Source: Takakia lepidozioides (taxonomy: Eukaryota > Plantae > Bryophyta). Taken from it: a stretch of DNA of 64,000 bases. Both the position numbers and the translations under genes were made by a program. This document shows positions 10,520 to 21,723 of this stretch, piece by piece. The stretch's first letter is position 1; every line of letters begins with the position of its first letter. The notes beneath the pieces are model-generated. The model did not search any database. It was given only the letters and a program-made list of their open reading frames with translations, and was not told where the DNA came from. The stretch covers positions 43,834,001 to 43,898,000 of the forward strand of contig CM060733.1 of the NCBI GenBank assembly GCA_030704615.1, written 5' to 3'.

Positions 10520-13020
10520 AAAGCTATAGTAAGCTACTCAACCAACGACGAAAATAGAAGCTATAGTAAGCTACTCAACCAACGACAAAAACAGAAGCTA
10601 TAGTCATCTACTCAAGCAAAGCGATCCTCCCAGCCAACAGCTTGGAGGAGATCAGGCAAGGAGATAGGCAAAGTGTCAGGCATAGGCGGAAGATGAGATG
10701 ACGCGGAGCTAGTCACATCAGCCCGATGCAAAATAGATATGGCTTGTGCTCTCTGCAAAGCAACTGAAACACGCTGTCGATAGTAGGCGACAAGGACGGA
10801 GGCATGTGGGATGTCAGTGGACCCGCTCTTGGCTGCATGATGTGCACATGTCCACAGGAAATCGTCGAAGTGCCGGTACAATGAGCCAAATATCTCGACC
10901 GCCAGCGGAAGAAATCTGTCGGTGGGGTGACGATCGCTGTAGTCGCGCTTCTTGGCCTGAGCTGCTACAGTGGCTTCCGTGCCTGGTGTGGTAGCTGCGC
11001 GAGATAGCAGATCCGCTCGAGTGGGGTCGGCGAGAACGACATCCGCTAGGGTACGCAAACCATCTCTAGATAGGACGATGTCAACACGGCGGCGTGTAGA
11101 GTGAGACGTGAGCGTGGGTCGTAGATGTGGTTGCTCACGCAGTACATGATACCCTGCCTCCCGAGAAATAGATGTCACCGCATCGCGAACCATATCCTTC
11201 TTAGGCTCGGAGATGTACATGTAGCATATGGAATCTTGACCAAATATTTCTTTCATCGTCCCTCACATCTCTTGCGCACCGTTCCACCCAGCCCAGATTG
11301 CCTACACCTCTTATTTGGGTTTGATACTACCATGATGACTATCTTTGGGAGATTGTTAGGACCAAGAGCTCTGGAGGGTGCTCAGGGACTTTTGCCACGA
11401 CAGCAAGCCACCCTGTCTATCTCTTCCTGTGGTGTGGGTCTTTTGTCCACTGTCACTACCGCCCCGTCAGCTTTCCTCGGCATTTGGGCGTTAGTTGCGC
11501 CAGCCCTCGCTTCACGATTTCTCTGTGACCATCGTCCCAACCTTATAGACGCCGTTGCACATGTCGACAGTGGCATTTTACCCTTCCAGCAGCATCTCGG
11601 CTCTGCACAAGATCTTCTTCTGGCACCGGCGTGAGCATGTCTACCACGATTTGAGCAATTGGTTGCTCAAGGCCTCGACCATCTTCAGGAGTCCATTTCC
11701 GAGCGCGTGCACCGTCATTCTTTTTCCGGCATGCTCTCAAGTACTTCTCTTGAGTTACATCGAGCCCGACTTCTATCATGCGCAGGACCCGGAGCAGGGG
11801 CATGGTTGGCAGCACGACCTACTATCGCATCTTTTCGCCTCTCATCCCATATTTTCACTATTGCGCTCCGCCTTCAACGTTGCGTCTGTCATCAGCCCAT
11901 CGATGACATTGCCATCCATCTCCTCCGCTATCCATGTGGTGGTGAGCGCACCGCGTCTCATGATCGGCGTGGGTGACATCCTGGTAGAGTGCATCTTCGA
12001 AGAAGGACGTTGTGAACTAGGTGGTGCCAAAAGGGACTCCCAGGATTCTGATGCCATTGGGCGGAGCAATAAAGTGAGCAGGGAGGACAAAATCTGCAGG
12101 GAGACCGGACGGAGACCACACCGCACATTTGCGAGGTTGCACTGAAAGGCTCACGGCAGAGAGTCGGGTGACAAAATGATGGTAAGCTGAAAGTACCTGT
12201 GAGGCAGGGCCTACAATGTGCGTGTCGTCTACCACCGACGGAAAAAGACAAGATGAGTGTACTTGTGCAGAAGCCGTGAGGGCGCGGACGTAAGCCATGG
12301 CAAACAAAGATCCTCCTAAAGGGTCGCCTTGGCGGGTCCCAACCTCGGACTGAATGATGGAGCACTCACCTAGGCGAGAATGATGACTGTAGTAGAGGGG
12401 AGTGGTAGATGCATAGAATAATCAAACAAACGGAATGAGCTAGTGGAAATGTCCTCCGGCTGAACGGAGCTCCTGAAAGATAGCCGCTCGTGACACAATG
12501 TTGAAAACGTTGGTGACGTCGACCTGGAGAACCGCCCAATCCGGATGAAGATCAAGAGCTGCACGAATCCCCTGAACCACCGCCTCCCGCAACCTCCTGG
12601 AGTGGCGATCCCGAACTGGTGAGGAAAGAGGTGTCCGGAGGCATCTCGAAACTGAAGACAAAGTGAGCAGCTGACAAGGCGGTAAATAACCTCTCCAACT
12701 GCGATAGGGCGGATGCCAATACCTAAGGGTTTGCTCATAGCCAACAATCCGGAGGGCCCAAGGAGACCGGCCACTGGGGCAGGGATACGGCTAGTAGCAA
12801 TAAAGGAGCAAACCTGAAATATCTGAGAGAAGCCACTAGCAGAGTCCTGTGGAGAGAAACAGTCGCATGCTCATACCGGAGACCGGAAGGATCTGCCGCT
12901 CCAAGATGGGGACTGCGCGTGAAGGCCTGAGTGAAGACCTCCCGATCTAGTTTGAGATCTTGGTCTGGCTCGAAGTCCTCGACAAAAAGCGGAAGAATAT
13001 CCTGAGCTGATGGGTGAAGG
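10520..13020 (-). mobile_element. Degenerate CRE-like (restriction-like endonuclease) non-LTR retrotransposon with an internal inversion
   Basis: RT motifs GIRPIAVGEVIYRL, QFGIATPGG, GDPLGG, VVDD, GIRILGVPFG; C-terminal RRVDIVL...ADV...KKRDY...FLPLAVEIFG; stops and frameshifts; ~39-bp tandem duplication past the 3' end. Confidence 0.8.
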
Positions 13021-13400
13021 GTTCTGGAGTTGGCATGGCATATCTATCGGACTTGTCTGACGGTTCACAGGACGGTAGTCCCCACACATCTTCCTTTCTG
13101 TCCAATTGCCATAGATATCCTTCTTAGCTAGCATCACCGTTGCCGAGGCATACTCCCCGCCTGACAACTCCACCCAGCTTCAAACAACTCCATAGTCCAT
13201 GACTGGATCAAAGTCCTCTCCACGTCACTATACCTGTAGGGCCATCGAAAAATTAGCGTGTCACTTACCAAATCAATACGAATCTCGTGACCCTTCATTG
13301 AACTCCCCAAATCCTTCAAACCGAAGGTAAAAAGATTTCTATGAGCCCTTAGAAATCGTTGGATCCTCCGTCTCTCTCCTCCGGTGACTGTAAGTCCAAC
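13020..13400 (-). mobile_element. Ty3/gypsy reverse transcriptase N-terminal fragment
   Basis: HEIRIDL...PYRYSDVE...YASATVMLAKKD...RKMCGDYRPVN. Confidence 0.8.
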
Positions 13401-13404
13401 ATCT

Positions 13405-15600
13405 GGGGGATGCTTCTACGTGAGCGTGAGCGTAAGAGCGCGTGAGCATAGGCTGGCTTACGCCACGTCAGCAGTTCTTGTCACGTTGGCTGACGGGTCT
13501 GACACCACGTCAGCCGATCTCGCCAGCGTGCCCGACGCCACGCAATGTCATGCCACGTCATTTTCATAGGCATAGCCCTATAACCGCGTCAACTCTCTTC
13601 TGCACCTTGCCTCGTCGCCCACACATGGTTCCATGTCTGCCGAATGCGCAATCCACGGCTATAGGCCCCCATTTGCCTATTCGGTTGGTGAATGTTGCTG
13701 AATGATAGTGTTTGTAGAGACTGAAATGGTTGTGGATGTATTAATGTCCAGGTCATCAGTCTACAATGGTCATCAGATGATTTAATGTCATGCTAATGTG
13801 GTATTTTACGTTGCTGTCATCAGTCTAGAATGGTTGTGGATGAATTAATGAGGATGAAGCAGAGCCAATGTGGATGGGACACTGCGAGTATGGATGAATG
13901 GGGATGAATAGTTGTGGACAAATATGGATGAAATATTGTGAATGGATGATAAAGTGGATGAATGTTAAGCGAGGATGTCATTCTAACATTTATGAAAACC
14001 AAGCACAACGATCAATGTCCTTTGCACAAACATTAGAAATTGTGCCTAAAATCCCTCATGAAGCACTTGATAAGATTTAATGAACGTCTGGTATTTGGGG
14101 AAAGGTAGACAGATGACAGCAACGTAGAAAAAGACAACACAACAGATGTGAGAGTGATCTTTCATTCTTCTTTGTCCGAGTGCTTGCTGCAACATTCTGG
14201 TGTGCAGCACGCACGTTCCGCAGATTCCTCTCAGCAATTCCTTGTCAGTTAGAGGGGCCAACGACTCCGCATTGTCATTCTGGTTCCGTGTCTGCAACTC
14301 ATACCAGGGGCAATCTGATTTGGGAATGTCAAGATACTAGCAGCAGTCTTTCAGGTGGTATCTCCCTAAGGATGGCTGCCGTGTACATGGTCTGATTGTT
14401 AGAGGGGTCAGACCACAAGTCGATGAAGGAAGGGTACTTATTGAGGTTTTTTTCCCGGAATGAGCACGTTCTTGATATACCTCCAAAACAAAAGAGGTAC
14501 ATTTTTAGACATTGAAGGCAAAAAAACATATACTGCCGCCCTCCCAAAATGCGTGCGTCGACGCACACAATTTTGGGGTGCACACATACTTGAGCATGAT
14601 GCAACCCAAATACACTCACAAGTAACATATGTAAAAACAAGACAAAACAAAGGGTTCTATATGCAGAAAATTATCCCATTCTCAGCAGAAAGATATTCCA
14701 TTCAGAACTGCCAACGAAACAATGAAATCCATGATGGAGGAGAAAACACACCTGAGTTTGTGGCCCTCCAAAATTGCGTGCGTTGGCGCACGCAGTTTTG
14801 CATGGCCACAAATTGTCTGTCTACTGATTTCCAAAGATAGTTTTCAAACAAAAAATAAAATTAACGAATCTGTATAGGACCCTCTTCATGGCTCCCTCCG
14901 CTCCGTACTGCTGGTCAAAGTCATTTGTGCGGGAGATGCCACCATCTCGGGAAAACTCTCTGAAAAAGCAGTTGCTCCAAGCAGTGGCCTTCCACTGCCT
15001 CAAGTAATCATCCACTCGTCCTCGGGCACGGTCATGGTAATTTTGTAGTCATAAAGCTGTTTCTCCAGCACCTTGTTTGCACGAGCTTCAATCTGTAGGG
15101 ATACATATGCATGGGTTAGAGTCCATGCATGGGAAGATACTCTCAAAATTTCTAGCAAAGAAAGTCCTAAAAAGTACCTGGCTCCAGTAGGTGGCTTTGT
15201 GCAACCATGTATCGAGAACTTGGTCAATGAAGGGTTTGATATGCCCGGTGTTCTTATCTCTTTCAACCTTAGGGAGGCAGCATGTATCCTTGACAGTTGG
15301 GTCGGAATTCCAAATCTCAACCATTTCACTTTCTGGTCTGCTTCCACCGCTGCGGTTGATAACCGGTGAAGCTTTTCTTGTGTCATCTCCGGTTTGGTGT
15401 TATTGTTCCAGTGGATCCTCACCTGGTTAAGGAACTCGGGACCAAAATCAGGGTTAGCTATTCTCAGCTGCTTCACGAAAGTGCTCTTCCGTATCTCATT
15501 CATCGTAAACTTCATGGCTTCCACCACTCCCTTGGACGTTCTCATACCCTCCGGGTTTTTCAACAACTTCAAAAAACTCAACAACTTCAAAAGGTGAGAC
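13405..15600 (-). pseudogene. Remnant of a third MULE-family member: right terminus plus the decayed middle of the ParB-MTase cargo gene
   Basis: cgtgagc-rich terminus resembling the reverse complement of 54009-54080; peptides QEKLHRLSTA, DTWLHKATYWSQ, FFREFSRDGGISRTN match 50.6-51.8 kb. Confidence 0.8.
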
Positions 15601-18495
15601 CAGGAGGCAAGATCATGCAAAGCAGTGAAGCCAAATATTTATAAACCCCAAACTAGTTCCGCTCAGCACATGAGCTCATCAGTGGGAAAGAAAAGGAATG
15701 AGATACAAACCCCACCCCCCGCTTATGCACTACTAGGAGTGAACTGTCTTGTGTGGACAATCTTCCAGTGGATGTCTCGTGAGGAGAAAACCATCCAACA
15801 GATGTCTCGTACGGAGAAAATCATCCAAAAAGTCTCGGTGGGAGAAAGTTATTCAGTGGATGAAAACAAGTTCTCGACAAGAGAGAACCATCCAAAGAAC
15901 AAAAATCATCCAAATAGTCAATTGCATATCTCTCAAATACAACTAACTCCATGAGTTTGTGACTATGCAACAACCAGTTATGTTAAAGTTGGAGCATGTT
16001 GTGCAAAGTTGTAAGGGCTGAAACCACTTCGAAAGGAACGCAAAACTCGTAAGACACACTTAAAGAAGTTGAGAGTCTAGTCTTTGCCCGCCCCGGGAAC
16101 TTGGATCGAAGGGGTGCTCGGCTCTAAGGAGAATCCCAACCCTTGGATACTAAAAAATATATATATCATATTATCCTACGTGAGAAATGTGCAGTTGACA
16201 CCCGAGACTAAGGAAACAGAGTTTTTCTTTCCGAAGCACGGGCGTATAGAGCCTTCCGTTTTGACGCCATCTTAGCCACCGCTAACAATGGGGAAGGCGG
16301 CTGGGGGTATATGGTAATCGTGTCGGGTAAGCTAATTTAGCCCCGACTACACGATTCCCCTTGTCGTACGCCAAATGGTCGGAGAGAAGGGACTTGGTTG
16401 ATCCTCCCTCGAGTTCACCTTGAGCGATTAGAGGACTATGGGCATGCGCAAGCCTCTGCCGATCTAACCTTCTTGTCGATGACCTTATGCGGTAATCCCT
16501 TCCATTCTTCCTTAGAGGTCGGGGCATATAAGTTTCCCAACTAGGGGTTGAGACCTAACCCTATGTTTGTGAGTGCCTTGAGCGCATGCTTGCCCATAGT
16601 TAGACAAATTTTTTGTTGCTAAACAAGGATAAGCAAACATAAAAAAGCTTACGGTTGGAGCGAAAGTGCCTCATTCTTCAATTAGAGAACATTATCTTGT
16701 GAGGGGGGAGTCTTTGCATAAGATATAATAGTTGCATCCTTTTAGGCACAATAGGCGCACTTTGTATGCATATGTCTTGATTTCCATTGCATTCGTATTT
16801 GGGTCCGATGGCCCCCTTTAAAATTTACTGTGTCTTTTTCCAGTATTTTTTCTACTTTTTGTTATCTTTGTTGACCACCCTAAACCCAAAATCCTAAACT
16901 TCATTAGTGCTTTGCTAAGGTTATGCAGTTAGCTTGATCTTTCTACAAGCTTTTAATTTGAAAAAACATTTCAAGGATTTTTTCCCTATCTAGTTTGTGT
17001 TAAGTTACAATATAGTCAATTATGTTTCAGAGATATTACTAGGGTAGCCTGTGTTGTTGGCCCAAGTGTCCACTATCATCTAAGTCCAAGTGCATTCCTA
17101 TATGTCTCCAATGTGGAGGCCCAAATGCGACCTCTAGGGTAGCATGTGCCGTGGGCCCAAGTGTCAAGTGCATCTAAGTCCAAGTGTAAGATCTTCTAGA
17201 GATTTGCGACTATTCTGCATCTAAGAGTTAATGTATGTGCAGTTGATGTCTAGATATCTGCAGCCTCTGGTATTGTCCACTAGGCTCTCTTACGTTGATA
17301 GAGTTTTGGCATGACTACCAAAACTTTCTAGGCTCCGTCTAGAACATTCTCTATTCAACAACGTTCTCCCCCACATCCAACAGCCACGTGGGGCCAGTGC
17401 CACTTACCACCGGCTGATGTCAACTCCCTTTTAGTCGATTTTATTTTTCATGCTGCTGGGATACACATAACCCCTTTTTAATTCTTGGACCATCCTCTAA
17501 TCCATAGGGCCCCGCAAACTTGAGAGGCATTATTCCTGTATGCTTACATTATCCCAAAACTTGCATGTGAGGAAACAAAAATCCCAACCCTTTGTGCAAC
17601 AACTGAGCATCACACCAAAACTCGCTACAAATCCTCCTGATCACTATGCCCTCACAGCCAAAGGAGGAGCAGTAAGTATATCTTCCTCTCATTATTCACA
17701 TAAATATCCCTTGGTTGGGTGTAATTTTATTGATATTAATTCAACCAACATGACGGACCAAAAGCTTCGGTTTTGGGATGTTGGACGGTTACCGGAAGCA
17801 AGAGAAAAAGACCTACCTTTTCTTGAAGGGGATCAGGAGAGTTTTTTTGGCTTGTTTGAGATTGGCAGCTCAAGTAGTTACTGAGAACATTGGGAGTCAC
17901 ACCAGCGATAGAGACCAGCCAGTCCACTGGCAGTATCGCTTATTGTGAGGGAGTCAAGCGGCATCAATCAACAACAATATACCCACATGCCCTTACAATC
18001 ACTATATGAAACTTTCAAGCAGCCACCATGGGAATGGGTTAAGGATAGCTTTTGACAATATTCATGCAAGTTCGTCAAGGGCTCCATCCAAGGCCACACC
18101 ACAAGAAACAAACAAACATCTGCAAATTTAAGATGCTGAACAAACTTGTGCACAGGGCTGCCCCTCTAATCAAGCTCATCAAAATTCGTATTCACTTCCA
18201 TCTTCAAGCTTTGGAGAAGCTCCACCACCCAAACCCAGAATTAGGACAGCACTCTGATTTCCATCTACTGTCACCAAAGTCAGTCCAATATCACCCCTTC
18301 AGTCAAGTGCAATTATGGGCCGACTTCCCACCTATGCCGGGAAGACCCCACTATCATTTCCCATGGATATGCCACAGGAAATGCACTCAACAGTACATCA
18401 TGGTCAAAACTCTCCGGAAATGGTGCATGATCTGAGTAGCTACACACATCACTGAATGAAGCAAGACACTCGCATCTTTCCAAGAAAACATCCTT

Positions 18496-21400
18496 TCACC
18501 AGTAATCCCCACAAGAACAAATCCCATCTTCAAAGTGGTGAAAGCGGTTAGCGTCTCGTACAACAATTGCTCGGCCAACAATCTTTGAGATGAATTTGGT
18601 GGAGGTGTGGCAGTCACCACACACTCGAAGATTCTTGATGAGACGGAGAGGCGTCCTGGGGGTCGTGCTGATCAGCCCAAAACCAATGGCCAGCTTCTCA
18701 CTGTGGTGGCAAAGAGAAAATTCCTTTTCCTCCTCCCCCACATCATGCAATACAAAGCGCGTGTCAGGCACATACCCCGCCTTCTTCATCTGCCCAGACA
18801 ATCTTCTCAGCTCAGCATGGATTTCCTTAATTCTGGGATGCAACTTGTCAGCTACAACGAAGGTGTGCACCCTGTTGCCAACCTCAATGCAGCAGCGACC
18901 TGGCTCCTTTCTAACCCCTTTGACCTTCATCATTCTTCTCACCTTTGCAGTATCATCCCACCTGCCAGCTGCAGCATAGATGTTTGAGAGCAACACATAA
19001 GTCGCGACATCCTGTTCATCCCACATGAGGATAGATGTTGCTGCACGTTCAGCCATCTCCACATTGCCATGGATTCTGCAGGCACCAAGCAAGGCCTTCC
19101 ACACCACAGCATCTGGATTGATGGGCATTTTATTAATCAGGTCCACTGCCTCATCCAGTTGTCCCGCACGTCCAAGAAGGTCCACCATGCAGCCAAAGTG
19201 CTTTACTGTCGGAGTGACACCGTGATCTTGACTCAGGGAATCGAAGTAGCGTCTTCCTTCATTCAGTAAGCCAGCGTGGCTGCACGCAGAGAGAACACAT
19301 ATAAAGGTGATACTGTCCGGCTTCAAGCCGTTCTTTTGCATTCCTTCAAATAGTTGCACGACCTCCCTATGACAACCATGCTGTGCATATCCTGCGATCA
19401 TCGCGTTCAACGACACCACATTACGTTCAGCCATATTGTCAAACACTCCCTTTGCATCCTCGATGCACCCACATTTGGCATACATGACCACCAGGGCAGT
19501 GTTCAGGATCACATCTGGTACGATTCCAGCTCTGACGATGTCGCCATGCACCTCTTTGCCCTTTTCCAGCGCTGCCAGGCTTGCACACGCACTGCAAACG
19601 CACACAAAGGTGATGTGGTCGGGCTTCACCCCTTCCCCCCTCATTTGCTCATACGTCCCCAAAGCCTCCATCCCGCGCCCCTGCTGTGCATACCCTGCGA
19701 GCATCGCGTTCCACGACACCACATTTCGTTCAGCCATATTGTCGAACACTCCCTTTGCATCCTCGATGCTCCCACATTTGGCATACATGTCCACGAGGGT
19801 ATTGTTCAGGATCACATTTGGTACAATTCCAGCTCTGACGATGTCGACATGCACATTTTTGCCCTTTTCCAGGGCTGCCAGGCTTGCACACGCACTGCAA
19901 ACGCACACAAACGTGATGTGGTCGGGTTTCACCCCTTCGCAAATCATTTGTTCATACGTCTCCAAAGCCTCCATCCCGCGCCCCTGCTGTGCATACCCTG
20001 CAAGCATTGCATTCCACGACACCACATTTCGTTCAGCCATATTGTTGAACACTCCCTTTGCATCCTCGATGCTCCCACATTTGGCATACATGTCCACGAG
20101 GGTATTGTTCAGGATCACATCTGGTACGATTCCAGCTCTGACGATATCGCCATGCAGCTCTTTGCCCTTTTCCAGCGCTGCCAGGCTTGCACATGCACTG
20201 CAAACGCACGCAAACGTGATGTGGTCGGGCTTCACCCCTTCCCCCCTCATTTGCTCATATGTCTCCAAAGCCTCCATCCCGCGCCCCTGCTGTGCATACC
20301 CTGCAAGCATCGCGTTCCACGACACCACATCTCGTTCAGCCATATTGTCGAACACTCCCTTTGCCTCCTCGATGCTCCCACATTTGGCATACATGTCTGC
20401 CAGGGCAGTGTTCAGGATGACATTTGGTACAATTCCAGCTCTGACAATGTCGCCATGCACCTCTTTGCCCTTTTCCAGGGCTGCCAGGCTTGCACACGCA
20501 TTGCAAACGCACACAAACATGATGTGGTCGGGCTTCACCCCTTCGCACATCATTTGCTCATACGTCTCCAAAGCCTCCATCCCACGCCCCTGCTGTGCAT
20601 ATCCTGCAAGCATCGCACTCCATGATACCACATTTCGTTCAGCCATAATGTCAAACACTCCCTTTGCATCCTCGATGCTCCCACATTTGGCATACATGTC
20701 CACCAGGGTATTGTTAAGGATCACATCTGGTATGATTCCAGCTCTGACGATGTCGCCATGCACCTCTTTGCCCTTTTCCAGCGCTGCCAGGCTTGAACAC
20801 GCACTGCAAACGCACACAAACGTGATGTGGTCGGGCTTCACCCCTTCGCACATCATTTGCTCATACGTCTCCAAAGCCTCCATCCCGCGCCCCTGCTGTG
20901 CATACCCTGCAAGCATCGTGTTCCACGACACCACATCTCGTTCAGCCATATTGTCGAACGCTCCCTTTGCATCCTCGATGCTCCCACATTTGGCATACAT
21001 GTCCACGAGGGTATTGTTCAGGATCACATCTGGTACGATTCCAGCTCTGACGATGTCGCCATGCACCTCTTTGCCCTTTTCCAGGGCTGCCAGGCTTGCA
21101 CATGCACTGCAAACGCAAACAAATGTGATGTGGTTGGGCTTCACTCCTTCCCCCATCATTTGCTCATAGGTCTCCAAAGCATTCCTACCACACCCATGCT
21201 TGGTAAATCCTGCCAACATTATATTCCACGTGATCAAAGATCGTTGAGGCATTCTGTTGAACACTTGGTGAGCATCCATGATGCTTCCGCACTTAACATA
21301 CATGTTGACAAGGGTGTTGAGGAGAAAAACATTTGGCGTGAATCCACTTTGGATAATGTGAGTGTGCACCTGTTTTCCAGCTTCCAGGCCTTTCAGCTTG

Positions 21401-21723
21401 ATGCACTTATGCAAGAGACAGACATACGTTTCTGAATCTGCTGAAATGCCTCCTTGGTTTAAAGTCTGTAGAGCCTCTTTCAGTCTGCCTGCCTCACAAA
21501 GCATCTTCACATGCCCAGAAGTGCCAGAAGAGGCATTGTGGACTCCCTCTCTTGATCCTCTTCCAGAAGCTGTGGTCATGGTTGAGGTGCCTGAATTTAC
21601 CAACTGTGCCGCTGCAGCTGCTGCCTTTAGTTGACCATCTACCCATGCTGGTTTCTTGTAGCTATTGATCCACAGGGAATCATAGGTAATCTTGTGCTTG
21701 AAATCTGGCCCTCTTGGACGAAT
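18496..21723 (-). CDS. PLS-class PPR-E1-E2-DYW protein, main exon, paralogue 2
   Basis: Intact ORF 18496-21735; 6 PLS triplets (101 aa shorter than paralogue 1); intact HSE/CxxC/DYW. Confidence 0.96.
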   Translation of the reverse strand: MRPRGPDFKHKITYDSLWINSYKKPAWVDGQLKAAAAAAQLVNSGTSTMTTASGRGSREGVHNASSGTSGHVKMLCEAGRLKEALQTLNQGGISADSETYVCLLHKCIKLKGLEAGKQVHTHIIQSGFTPNVFLLNTLVNMYVKCGSIMDAHQVFNRMPQRSLITWNIMLAGFTKHGCGRNALETYEQMMGEGVKPNHITFVCVCSACASLAALEKGKEVHGDIVRAGIVPDVILNNTLVDMYAKCGSIEDAKGAFDNMAERDVVSWNTMLAGYAQQGRGMEALETYEQMMCEGVKPDHITFVCVCSACSSLAALEKGKEVHGDIVRAGIIPDVILNNTLVDMYAKCGSIEDAKGVFDIMAERNVVSWSAMLAGYAQQGRGMEALETYEQMMCEGVKPDHIMFVCVCNACASLAALEKGKEVHGDIVRAGIVPNVILNTALADMYAKCGSIEEAKGVFDNMAERDVVSWNAMLAGYAQQGRGMEALETYEQMRGEGVKPDHITFACVCSACASLAALEKGKELHGDIVRAGIVPDVILNNTLVDMYAKCGSIEDAKGVFNNMAERNVVSWNAMLAGYAQQGRGMEALETYEQMICEGVKPDHITFVCVCSACASLAALEKGKNVHVDIVRAGIVPNVILNNTLVDMYAKCGSIEDAKGVFDNMAERNVVSWNAMLAGYAQQGRGMEALGTYEQMRGEGVKPDHITFVCVCSACASLAALEKGKEVHGDIVRAGIVPDVILNTALVVMYAKCGCIEDAKGVFDNMAERNVVSLNAMIAGYAQHGCHREVVQLFEGMQKNGLKPDSITFICVLSACSHAGLLNEGRRYFDSLSQDHGVTPTVKHFGCMVDLLGRAGQLDEAVDLINKMPINPDAVVWKALLGACRIHGNVEMAERAATSILMWDEQDVATYVLLSNIYAAAGRWDDTAKVRRMMKVKGVRKEPGRCCIEVGNRVHTFVVADKLHPRIKEIHAELRRLSGQMKKAGYVPDTRFVLHDVGEEEKEFSLCHHSEKLAIGFGLISTTPRTPLRLIKNLRVCGDCHTSTKFISKIVGRAIVVRDANRFHHFEDGICSCGDYW

